From positions 50,778,001 through 50,842,000 of the forward strand of contig NC_043001.1 of the NCBI RefSeq assembly GCF_006345805.1: 64,000 nucleotides of DNA, written 5' to 3'. Below are positions 1 to 10,569 of this stretch, in pieces. A model generated the notes under the pieces. It was not told the origin of the DNA. It did no database searches and saw only the letters and a program-made list of their open reading frames with translations. Source of the stretch: Octopus sinensis. Lineage: Eukaryota. The stretch's first letter is position 1, and every line of letters begins with the position of its first letter. The translations under genes were made by a program, and so were the position numbers.

Positions 1-459
1 CCTTTATACATGAAGGTAACTATTTCTAAATACACAACACAAAGTTCTGGCAGGAATGTGAAGTTTCACCAACATTGTATACTTGCTCTGGTGTGTAGCC
101 CCCTTCAGCAATCACTTTCTTCGATTGCTCAGTATAATTAGTAGCAACCTCTGTATCAGCACTCGTCGATAAAGGCTGGTTTGAACATTAGAAGTTTAAC
201 CATTTTTCTTCGACAAATTGTTACATAAACTGGTTTTTTTAATTTGATTTTGAATTACTATCGTATCTATGGCCACAGGAGGAATTTCAACCGTGTTGCG
301 TGGTCTGCTACCACTACAGCTTATAGGATCCAGCTTATAGGATCAGGAGGAACCACGTCCGGTTTCGGCCCCTACTCCTCTACCGTTTTGACGTGGCGCC
401 CCCCCCCCACTTTCGGAGGTGTCTTATTTCAAATGGATTTTCATATCTTCTTCATACTA

Positions 460-1647
460 CGAGGTGGTATCAAAAAGTTCCTGGAATATTTATGTTTAAT
501 TTAAAAAAAACTTATTTACTTAAATTTTAACAGAATTTCCTTCAAAATAGTCACCTTGCGCAGCAATATACCGGTCCCAACGTTCCTGTCACTTTTGGAA
601 TCCGGCCTGGAAGTCGTTTTCCGTAAGAAAGTCGAGGACCTACAATTCACTCTGGATCTCGACAATGGTGTTAAAACGGTGACCTTGAGCTGTATTTTCA
701 TCTTGGAGGAGAGATGGAAGTATACAGGTGCTAAATCTGGAGAATAGTGCAGGTACGGAAGCCCTACTATGTTGATATGGGCGAAAAACTCACGAGTGAG
801 GAGAGCTTGGTGACAGGGTGCACTGTTGTCGAGAAGAATCCAGTTCTTCGCGCTCCACAGATCCAGTCGCATTCGCCGAATGTCCTCCTTCAGGCGCTTC
901 AAAACGTTGCAGTAGAACTCTCGATGAACGGTCTGACCTTGGGTAATGAATTATCGATGCACAATACCACATTTCCGTGGGTGACGCTCGTGGCAGGTCT
1001 TCAAGATCGCTCATCGTCTTCCTGGGACGTTCTTCAGGTCTTGAAGTGCCCATGCAACTTGAAATATTGCGTGCCGAAGAATGCTTAATGTTTCTGTAGC
1101 AGACTTCTCAAGTTTAACGCAAAATCTCGCGTTGGCTCTTTGTTACAACTTCCTGTCCATGACAATATCGCAGACTACAGCATACATCACCGTGATCACC
1201 GTGACCGACCAGGCTATCAGATGTTGCTACACGTCGCTGGTCACAATGCGCTTCGCATCGTTTTAGCCTTTAAATAATGCCACCCCGCTGGCTAAGCGAG
1301 CATGCCAACAGAAGAGTGAGAGAAAGTTGTGGTGAAAGAGTACAGCAGGGGTCGTCACCACCCCACTGCCGGAGCCTCGCGGAGCTTTAGGTGTTTTCGC
1401 TCAATAAACACTCACAACGCCCGGTCTGGGAATCGAAACCGCGAGTCCGCTGCCCTAACCACTGGGCCATTGCACCTCCACAGAGCATACACTTGATCAC
1501 AAAAACACAAATTTTACAACTTGCGAAGTAAACATAGCGATATCACTAGGGCACACTGCCTGATAAAGGTCACTGCTCACGCAACCCTGTGCTGCCATCT
1601 GTTGTTGCGCTACAGAACTAGTCAGGGTGTTTTTTGATACCACCTCG
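460..1647 (-). mobile_element. Mariner (DD34D) transposon, internally deleted, defective
   Basis: 17-bp perfect TIR cgaggtggtatcaaaaa at 460-476 and 1631-1647, flanked by TA (458-459, 1648-1649). Minus-strand transposase remnants: N-terminus from ATG at 1160 (MDRKL..RANARFCVKLEKSATETL) and C-terminal half ...WILLDNSAPCH...YSPDLAP (ORF 516-902). The middle part is missing at a junction near 976. Confidence 0.85.
1281..1481 (-). mobile_element. tRNA-derived SINE 5' portion nested in the mariner
   Basis: Minus strand shows A-box tggcccagtggttaggg and B-box ggtttcgattccc. Homologous to copies at 12815-12980 and 29425-29727. Confidence 0.75.
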
Positions 1648-1846
1648 TATATATCCTTGTTGGTGGTGGTGGTCGTGTTGCTATAAACACACACACACAC
1701 CGTTGGTAAAGATACTGTTATCATGGCCATTGTCATTAATGGAAGCGCTGCCATTGCTGTTACAGATGTCATTGGCGATGGCTCTGCTGCTATTTCCGTT
1801 AGGGATACAGCCGATACGGTCGTTGCTGCTGTTATTGGAACTGTGT

Positions 1847-1877
<31 letters not shown>

Positions 1878-1884
1878 TTATACA

Positions 1885-2152
1885 TGAATAAATAACATAA
1901 AATAAATGCGCCCTTTTAAAGCCTAGGCCGGCTCATGGGCCCGGTTTCCCGGTTTCTATGGCGTATGTGTTCCCCAGCTGGACGGGACGCCAGTCCATCA
2001 CAGCGTTACTAATTTTATCAGCTGAGTGGAATGGAGTAACCTGAAATGAAGTGGTTTGTTCAAGAACACAACCCGTCGCCCGGTTCAGGAATCGAAACCA
2101 TAATCTTACGATCATGGTGCTGACACCCTAACCACTAAGCCACGCGCCTCCA
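1885..2152 (-). mobile_element. tRNA-derived SINE
   Basis: Minus strand gtggaggcgcgtggcttagtggttagggtgtc...ggtttcgattcctgaacc (A/B boxes). A related partial copy lies at 3770-3985. Confidence 0.75.
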
Positions 2153-2411
2153 CTTCAGATTATACATACATGTGTATATGAGCGTTCATCTATGGGTGTA
2201 ATGTGATAATTTTCCAGATCGTTAACTATATACTTTGAACTTAACTAAGTATAGTTTCTTTTTTAAATTGCTAACAATTTAAAACTACGCAATACAAATT
2301 GTGGTAAGAGTGAAATTACAGACTGTATCGCGAAATTAACGGTCATATTTTACAATTTCCGTAAGTGTGAAATCCTGTAAGTCCCGGGCAGCCGTAACGC
2401 GGTCATACTTG

Positions 2412-2446
<35 letters not shown>

Positions 2447-2449
2447 TCT

Positions 2450-2645
2450 TACTCTTTTACACTTTTACTTGTTTCAGTCATTTGACTGTGGCCATGCCTT
2501 TAGTCGAGCAAATCGACCCCAGGACTTATTCTTTGTAAGCCTAGTACTTATTCTATCGGTCTCTTAAGCCGAACCGCTAGGTTAAGGGGACGCAAACACA
2601 CCAGCATCGGTTGTCAAGCGATGTTGGGGGGACAAACAGACACAC
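2450..2645 (-). mobile_element. SINE 3' portion
   Basis: Recurring motif tttacttgtttcagtcatttgactgtggccatg...gtcgagcaaatcgacccc...aaacacaccagcatcggttgtcaag, seen repeatedly in this window. Confidence 0.75.
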
Positions 2646-2826
2646 AACCATACACACACACATATATATATTATAAGGGTGAGGCAAAAGAATTTGCTTC
2701 ACCACACACCGAACTTTAGAAATAGCAGATATTGTTTAAATTTACCGATAACGGTCTTTTACATATCGAATCACTACTTGGTGGAATTATTAATTATTAA
2801 TTAATTAATTAATTTTACCCTTATTA

Positions 2827-2864
<38 letters not shown>

Positions 2865-3084
2865 TATGTATGTATGTAATATTCAAATGTAAATTAGAAG
2901 TAGCTCGAGGTATATAAACAAAATCGACACACCTACACAAGGTGTGCGTGTTGTTAGTTCCTGGATCGGTTGCGTTGAAGGCGCAAGCGATTACTTTCTA
3001 AATCCACCTGGTGTTAAAAACACCTAAAAGTAAATCATGGGCAAGCGAGACAACTCACGTCAGGTCCCTTCTGGGAGCAACAAA

Positions 3085-3345
3085 CAGTCATTTGACTGCG
3101 GTCATGCGGGAGCACCACCTTGAATGTTTTGGTACTTATTCAAACGTTCTGTTTCGTCGAACCGCTAAGTGACGGAGGACATAAACACACCAGCACCGGT
3201 TGTCAAGCTGTGATGTGGGGGAGACAAACACACATACACATCCACGACGGGCTTCTTTCAGTTTCTGTCTACCAAATCTCACAAGGCTTTGGTCGAACCG
3301 AGGCTATAGTAGAAGACACTTGCCTTAGGTGCCACGCAGGACTGA
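3085..3345 (-). mobile_element. SINE (same family as 2450-2645)
   Basis: cagtcatttgactgcggtcatgc...ggttgtcaag...gggcttctttcagtttctgtctaccaaatc...ccttaggtgccacgcaggact. Confidence 0.75.
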
Positions 3346-3353
3346 TCGCTTAC

Positions 3354-3407
<54 letters not shown>

Positions 3408-3429
3408 ATATATATATATATATATATAT

Positions 3430-3760
3430 ATGCGCAGGTGTGGCTGTGGTAAGAAGCTTGCTTCCCAACCACATGATGACACCTTAGGCAAGTATCTTCT
3501 ACTGTTGCCTTGGGCCGACCAAACTCTTGTGAGTAGATTTTGTAGATGGAAACTGGAAGAATCCCCTCGTATATCTATACGTATATATTTGTGTGTGTGT
3601 GTTTATGTTTGTCTCCCACCAATGCTTGACAATCGATGCTGGTGTCTTTATGTCCCTGTAAACTAGCAGTTCGGCAAAAGACACCGATAGAATAAGTACT
3701 AGGCTTATAAAGAATCAGACCTGGGGTCGATTTGTTCGACTAAAGGCGGTGCTCCAGCAT
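3430..3760 (+). mobile_element. SINE, near full length
   Basis: gcgcaggtgtggctgtggtaagaagcttgcttcccaaccacatg...gtagatggaaactg...ggggtcgatttgttcgactaaaggcggtgctccagcat; reverse complement of the family above. Confidence 0.8.
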
Positions 3761-3769
3761 TTTTTCTTC

Positions 3770-3985
3770 TTCTGAAGCCATGCCAGGCTCATAAGGGCCA
3801 GTTTCTCGGTTTCACTCGCGTATATATTCCCCACGTGGACGGGACACCGATCTCTCGCAGGATTACTTATTCTTGGACAGGACAAATATGAAATGAAGTG
3901 CATTGCTCAAGAACACAGCGCATTGCTCGGGTCAGGAATCGAAACCACAATCTTACGATCATGAGTCCAACACCCTAACCACTAT
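3770..3985 (-). mobile_element. tRNA-derived SINE fragment
   Basis: Homologous to 1885-2152 (ggtcaggaatcgaaaccacaatcttacgatcatgagtccaacaccctaaccact). Confidence 0.7.
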
Positions 3986-4058
3986 AATTCTTTTATTCTT
4001 TTACGTGTTTCACTCATTTGACTGCGGCCATGCTAGAGCACCACCATATTATATATAT

Positions 4059-4125
<67 letters not shown>

Positions 4126-4237
4126 AGTCCGATATATGAAAATATATATATATAAAGAGATCGATAGAATAAGTACCGGGCTAAAAACATGTATGTATGC
4201 ATGCATGTATATGTGTGTCTGTATGTGTGTCTGTGTA

Positions 4238-4298
<61 letters not shown>

Positions 4299-4474
4299 TC
4301 ACATATAGACACATATATGTATGCATATATATAAATATGTATGTATGTATGTATATAGCCGAAATTGCGAGGATGATCCGGTTCTTGACTGAAGATTGAA
4401 GGCTTCGAATGTTCCGTCCGTGTCTTTTGTATCGTCTTCTAAATGTTTTGCGTTCTTGTCCCAGTTTGTATTTT

Positions 4475-4526
<52 letters not shown>

Positions 4527-4537
4527 TATATATATAT

Positions 4538-4568
<31 letters not shown>

Positions 4569-4569
4569 C

Positions 4570-4808
4570 TTGTGTCTGGGGAGTCATTCTCTTTTTGTGT
4601 CTTATTATTTAACACACTCACAGATTCAGTTTCCACTCGTTTATTTCTTTATATTTTCTAAAATTTTCGTTGCGTCTTGCAACCTTTTCAATCGCAAGGC
4701 GTGACGAAAATTTTAGAAAAGAATAAAGACGTAAATGAGTGGTAAATGAATCGGTGAGTGTGTTAAATAATAAGGCACAAAAAGAGAATGTCTCTCCCCA
4801 TACACAAC
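4570..4808. repeat. Tail-to-tail inverted pair of a dispersed repeat (arms about 105 bp, roughly 85-90% identical)
   Basis: 4570-4674 is approximately the reverse complement of 4699-4808 (cattctctttttgtg.cttattatttaacacactcac...ttttctaaaattttcgt). Confidence 0.75.
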
Positions 4809-4948
4809 AAAATATGCTTCAACACAGGAAGTCACATAAAGAATCTGGCAAACCAAATCCCAAAACGATTTATATATATATATACATATATATATGAGAC
4901 TTGTCTGGATGTTATGCGTTCTTGTCCCATTTTTTTTTGTATTTCCTA

Positions 4949-4979
<31 letters not shown>

Positions 4980-5000
4980 TACATATATCTAATAATAATA

Positions 5001-5061
<61 letters not shown>

Positions 5062-5152
5062 TCAGGGTAATAAAGATTTTAGAAATTTTTACAACCTGTG
5101 GCCTAGCGTGTAGAAAATTTTGTCAATAGACTATATATTATTCATATAAATA

Positions 5153-5447
5153 CAGTGTAGATTTAAACATATAAGAGGTATCCGTCATAGGATTCCTTTC
5201 ACGCTAGAAGGAACAGCTAAAGTCCAAGCCACTATTAAGGATAAAAACTGTTGATGAAGACTTCGCCTACCAAATTATTTTATTTACTAAAAAAAAGTCT
5301 GAAACCATGGCCCAGGAGATAGATGGTAAATGTTATTATTTTTGATTCCCTTCGAGTTTTATCCCTAATAGTGGTTTGGACTTTAACTGTTCCTTCTAGC
5401 GTGGAAGGAATCCTATGTCAGATACCGCTTATGTGTTTAAAAGTACA

Positions 5448-5450
<3 letters not shown>
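5153..5450. mobile_element. Tc1/mariner-type MITE (298 bp)
   Basis: About 97-bp TIRs beginning CAGTGT (5153-5249 and 5355-5450, about 10 mismatches), flanked by TA on both sides. Confidence 0.8.
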
Positions 5451-5490
<40 letters not shown>

Positions 5491-5504
5491 CTATATATAT
5501 ATTA

Positions 5505-5545
<41 letters not shown>

Positions 5546-5635
5546 GTATGTATGTATACATATATATGTATGTAGGTATATATACATACATATATATATA
5601 TATAATATTATATATATATATAAGAGATTGTTTTC

Positions 5636-5681
<46 letters not shown>

Positions 5682-5687
<6 letters not shown>

Positions 5688-5831
5688 AATATAAGAGAGT
5701 GGTCACTATATGGCTCACTCTAGCACCAGTTAATCCAAAAGGTTTCAACCACGAAAATACATGGTTGAAACCTTTTGGATTAACTGGTGCTAGAGTGAGC
5801 CATATAGTGACCACTCTCTTATATTTATTTT
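5682..5831. repeat. Perfect inverted repeat, 70-bp arms, 10-nt spacer
   Basis: 5682-5751 is the exact reverse complement of 5762-5831; spacer cgaaaataca. Confidence 0.95.
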
Positions 5832-5985
5832 GTAAAAATATTATAATACGTTATAAAATATTATAATAATCCAGGTTTCTCGGAGCACTAGGCCACTTGG
5901 TGTTGAATAGATATACTATTAAATTAGTATCTAATTCTCTCACCCTTATTAATTAATTATATATATAATATATATATATATATAT

Positions 5986-6020
<35 letters not shown>

Positions 6021-6021
6021 G

Positions 6022-6053
<32 letters not shown>

Positions 6054-6073
6054 TATATATATATATATAATAT

Positions 6074-6151
<78 letters not shown>

Positions 6152-6168
6152 CTTGCGTATATACATAC

Positions 6169-6285
6169 ATTTCCTGGATAAATATAACTACAACTATTCG
6201 ATGTTTCTGTTTTGTCCAGAAGCAGAATTTCATGTCCATACTCATGTATTTTGATGCTTTGGAATCTATTTTCTTTTCGTTTTAT
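6169..6285 (-). CDS. Candidate internal exon (39 codons), unknown product
   Basis: Strong acceptor ttttattttctctttttctccctaacccag, donor aat|gtatgt, only frame 0 open (IKRKENRFQSIKIHEYGHEILLLDKTETSNSCSYIYPGN). No homology recognised. Confidence 0.3.
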
Positions 6286-6655
6286 CTGGGTTAGGGAGAA
6301 AAAGAGAAAATAAAACACCTATAACATAATCTGAAATACTTAATGGTTCAAATAACTAGGGATTGGTTCGAAATCTTTCAAATCTGATTGATTTCTTTTC
6401 ACTGGGTATTATGACACTTGCTTAACGAACGTATAAAAACAAAATTTTCGGATCTGTTTTGTTCCTATTTCACTTATTTTCATCCAGCCAACTTCATTGG
6501 TCTTTTCTCCTTCCTTCTCCTTCCCTATTTAAAATTTCTTTTATCTTCCTCACTGATCTCGCTTTCCCCCCTCTCTCTAGCTATACACATTAGTATATAA
6601 ATATAGTAAATATATACATGTATACACTTCTTTCCCCCACCTCTATCTATACACA

Positions 6656-6702
<47 letters not shown>

Positions 6703-7199
6703 GTGTGTGTGTGTCTCACTCTCTACATGCGTATGCGTGCTCATACATATACATAAATACACAGGCACATATCTATATATGTCTACAATCACACATTTCT
6801 TGTTCCTACTCCGTCTGCACTTCTGTGTGTGTGTGGTGTGTGTGTGTGTGTGCGTATATATGTGTATGAATATAACCATTCTTCCTCGTTCCTGTGTTAT
6901 ATATGCCTTCCATACTTGTATTCCACATTAATATTTTATTTATTTACTCCATGAGTCTTTTTGTTTTTTTTGCTTCATTCTCCTAACATCCCATCACCCC
7001 TCTTCACACCCCACTTGGGAATTATAAGTTTTACGTCAGCAATATTTCCTCCAATCACATTGCAGTGATGTCATGACTGTTTTTTCCTGTCTAAAACTGA
7101 ATACCAGATCAAGCTCTTTCTTAGAGTTTATTTGTGTGTAAATTTCTCTCTCTAAGGTAGTCAATTTTATATACATCTCAATAAAATTAATTTAATAAT

Positions 7200-8800
7200 A
7201 TTTTTAATATGAATTATAACCTTTTACTACAAATCAATTAAAGGAACTACAAAGCAGCTGCCGTATCAAAAATGTGGATGAAACACTAATATTAACGAAG
7301 AAATTAAAGGTAAATATAATATATTAATTATATCAATTTCGTCTGTCCGTTTACACGTTGTCTTACATTTCTTATTTGACTTATTATGATCTGTTAAGTT
7401 AGTACTAATACATTATGGATATCGACATGTTAATCATGTTTGTTTAGATATTGCGCAATCAGTATGACCTTTTGTTTAGTTTGTTTTTTTATTTATTTTT
7501 GTTATTGAAGTTGTCGATTTGTTGTAACTTTTACACCTTTTGAAGCCCCTAATACACAGCTCGCACTTGGCCCTAATGACGAAATATGACAAGATTAATT
7601 GGTCTTTTGATCGGCCATTTCATCACCTTTGATATGTATATTATTTTATGCCAATATCTCATATCCATTAATTAAATTTATTCGCTTTTAACAATTTTTA
7701 CTTTACATCGCCCACTTAGCCTCTGTCTGTCTATTCATAAATAGTGATGTAGCGAAAGGCTGTACATGACGAAACAAAATATTCGGCAAATATATTAATT
7801 TATTTCCCATATCTAGTTCGACCCCTCACATATTTTGGGGGTTCGAATTCAGGTTCGAATCTCCTTGGATGATTCCTCATTTCATCCTGCTGCCGCCTAT
7901 AAAATTCATATTACTGGCATACAAATATTGATTTCTTTTGTTGTATGAAAACACACACACACAGACATATATATTTGAAGATTATTATTTTTTTTTCGAA
8001 TCGAGAAGTTCGATGTGTTTTATATAAAAGTTTTCTGAGAAGTTTGATGCTGTTTATTTGTTTCAAAGTCAGTGGGGATTAAATTCAGAACAGAATAACA
8101 TCTGGTAATATTATTTAATCAGCGTAAGAGTATTTCTGCGCCTACATAAATCCACATTAATGAATACTTAATTAAGCAGTAGGCCATAACTGGTTGTCTT
8201 TATTTAGCTTCCCAATCATTTCGGATACACTGTACCCAAAGACTACGACAACATTATCGAATATCTCCTTATTTTTATTCTAATTACGAACTTAAGGTTT
8301 GAAGTTTGATTGTCATTTTCTGTAAATCGGGCGACGATTAAGAGATGTCCCGCGCAAAAAAAAAATCTATTTATGTTTTTATTCAACAGATAAATTACTT
8401 GCTGTTTTCTCTCTTTTTCTCCACCATCGTATCTGAACTGACTAATAGCACGCATTGACATTGCTGCTATTTACTGCAGTCACTGCAGTAAAATAACAAG
8501 CAGGACGTAACAGCCAAGTCAACGCCTACATATAATCATTAGCACAACTAAATCGTTTTTCTTTCCTGCGAAAGAGAAAATTCAACGAATCATTACTAAG
8601 AATTTTTTTTATTTATATGTTTATTTTTTAGATGTAATTCGTCAGTTTGTTTTTTGGCTACTAAGAAAACGAACATTTTTATACTTCTTTATTAAATTGT
8701 ATATGTGTGAGTGCGAATGTAAGCGCGGGTAGAAATGATTACTCAAACTTCTCCCTCTCTCTTGATCCCTCGTGTATTTATAAGTAATCAAACCTGTATA
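7200..8800. promoter_or_regulatory. CpG-retaining, TE-poor region; candidate (possibly bidirectional) promoter zone
   Basis: Frequent CG dinucleotides and no recognisable TE copies, just upstream of the CpG-depleted domain that contains the ankyrin gene. No TSS evidence. Confidence 0.35.
7266..8427 (-). CDS. Candidate small multi-exon gene, unknown product
   Basis: Phase-compatible GT-AG chain 8427-8399, 7896-7830, 7759-7707, 7572-7535, 7390-7367, 7285-7266, giving MVEKKRENSKRQQDEMRNHPRRFEPEFEPPKYPFATSLFMNRQTEAKWAMAKCELCIRGFKRYHNKSNKKLFHPHF*. Manual prediction only. Confidence 0.35.
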
Positions 8801-9030
8801 ATATTTGGGGAATGATAAATATAATTTCCTTTCCTTGATTTCCTATTATTTTAGCATTTATATTTACATTCTCATACTCTCATTAGCATTTACATTTTTC
8901 AGTATCTCCCTTGTTATTGACGGCTGGGGTACACATGTAATAAATGATAATATATGTGAAAATAAGTATATATATTTGATGTATGTTTGTTCGTATATAT
9001 TAAATATATACGTAATATAACGATATGGAG

Positions 9031-9073
<43 letters not shown>

Positions 9074-9079
9074 GAGAGA

Positions 9080-9450
9080 GAGATAAAATCGGAAGTATAT
9101 AGTGTTATATATCCATCCGGCTGATCTTATCAATCGGTTTCGCGCGATGAGTGCAATGGAGTGTTAGGTAACAATCCGATAGAACCTTACGCTCATCAGA
9201 GTTAGCCGTGATGGATATATAAATAACATTTCGGATAATATACCCACTGTACCACGAATTACACGTGCATGAGTCAACTAAGAGACCATAAGTCAGGGAA
9301 AAGATGCACTCGTCTCGTATATCTGTCAATAGAGTGGGTATATTATCAGAAATATATATATAGTATCATATATCCATCACGACAGATATTACCAATCGGT
9401 TTCGCTCAAAGAATACAATGAAGTGTTAGGTAACAATAATTGCCGGAGGT
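9080..9450 (-). mobile_element. Tandem hammerhead-containing repeat (non-LTR retrozyme-like), 262-nt period
   Basis: caatcggtttcgc recurs at 9131 and 9393, and the second copy gives GAAACCGAUUG-GUA. The monomer 9128-9389 has internal inverted repeats (15-bp perfect 9234-9248/9333-9347). Confidence 0.65.
9106..9221 (-). ncRNA. Type I hammerhead ribozyme (minimal stem III)
   Basis: Minus strand: about 20-bp stem I (tatatatccatcacggctaact / agatcagccggatggatatata), core CUGAUGA (9199-9193), stem II gcgu/gcgc, GAAAC (9141-9137), near-palindromic stem III CGAUUG, triplet AUA (9130-9128). Confidence 0.75.
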
Positions 9451-9989
9451 GGATTAACACAGTCAGCGGCTGCTGTGATTTTTCACAGTGAAACGAAAAA
9501 GGGCGGGGGGGGATTAGGTTATGAGTTATGCCCCTTCGTTGGGTATGCTGTGAAGCCGGTAAGAGTTATCTTAAAGCATTTGTAGGGGAAGTGTGCATTA
9601 AGTGTGGTGCTCCTGTGGGGATGGTGTGTGTGTGATAAGTGTAGTGGTGTTGTGCATAATTTTTTCTGGGTTTGTAGGTATAATTGGCTGTGTTCGTTGG
9701 TCTGTTTTCTTCCTGTAAAGGATAAAGTCGTGGGGGGCTGTTTATGTTAGCGTGTGGTGTGTAATGTGTACGTCTGTGTGTGAAGGAGTATATGTTGGGG
9801 TGGTGGGAGACAGTTTATTTTGTTGGGTGTCCGCCTTATAGGGATGTGTGTGTGTGCTTTGGTCAGACTCTTTGCTGGGCCGAGGGCATTGGTAGAAGGT
9901 CGGGGTCGGCGACCTGTGGTTGCAGTCATATTGAAGCTGAGCTCGCAGTGTGTGTATGCACGCGTTTTACCTCCGCCTATATATATATA

Positions 9990-10040
<51 letters not shown>

Positions 10041-10212
10041 AAGTCGTCTAAGAGTCCATAAGTCAGGAAAAAAATGAACTCATTAGAGTGGATATATTAT
10101 CCTAAGTGTACAGTAGTATATATCCATAACGGTCGATCTTACGAGTCGCGAACCCAACTGGTAAGATCGGCTGTAATTGATATATAGAATACTGTACACT
10201 TGGGATAATATA
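10041..10212 (-). repeat. Third, rearranged fragment of the same ribozyme-bearing repeat
   Basis: 10041-10081 resembles 9270-9310 (ctaagag.ccataagtcagg.aaa), and 10085-10142 resembles 9330-9392. It is followed by an inverted copy, forming a hairpin with about 50-bp arms (10093-10212). Confidence 0.65.
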
Positions 10213-10485
10213 TGTGTACAGACACACATATTCTTCATGTTATATCACAATGTATTTATTTTATATATACGAACAAACATACATCAAATATATATTATGT
10301 ATATAATAGCGGCCATTGCTCCACTCGCGTCCGCTTTAGGGTCTTTGCAGTGTCTGTGGGAAGGATAAGAAACAATGCAAAATTAATCATTTCATCAAAT
10401 GAGTTACTAGAAACAGAATGAACTGATATATATAGTTATACATACTTATTAGTGGATTAACAACACTATCAATAATTTCAACTGG

Positions 10486-10569
10486 AAAGGATTTCCACAA
10501 TCTCAAGCGATCCACTTGTCATTTACTAGCCATTTTAAGTGGATCGTTTGAAGATTGTGGAAATTCTTT
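10486..10569 (+). ncRNA. Pre-miRNA-like hairpin candidate
   Basis: 32-bp stem with 2 G-U pairs and one bulged A, 19-nt loop, 84 nt total. Confidence 0.3.

Larger units (their letters stand above)
4040..6150. repeat. Cluster of long (TA)n, (AAT)n and TA/CA microsatellites
   Basis: Tracts at about 4050-4320, 4478-4570, 4990-5060, 5451-5681 and 5955-6150. These generate the YIYI ORFs in the track. Confidence 0.95.

Noticed and set aside
3903-6318. Many ORFs rich in YIYI/ICIY (also at 54-56 kb and 59 kb)
   Set aside because: They are translations of (TA)n, (CA)n and (TACA)n microsatellites, not genes.
7240-7309. Plus-strand exon-like stretch QLKELQSSCRIKNVDETLILTKKLK with donor aag|gtaaat
   Set aside because: It has no convincing acceptor or start and an in-frame stop just upstream; no phase-compatible downstream chain was found.
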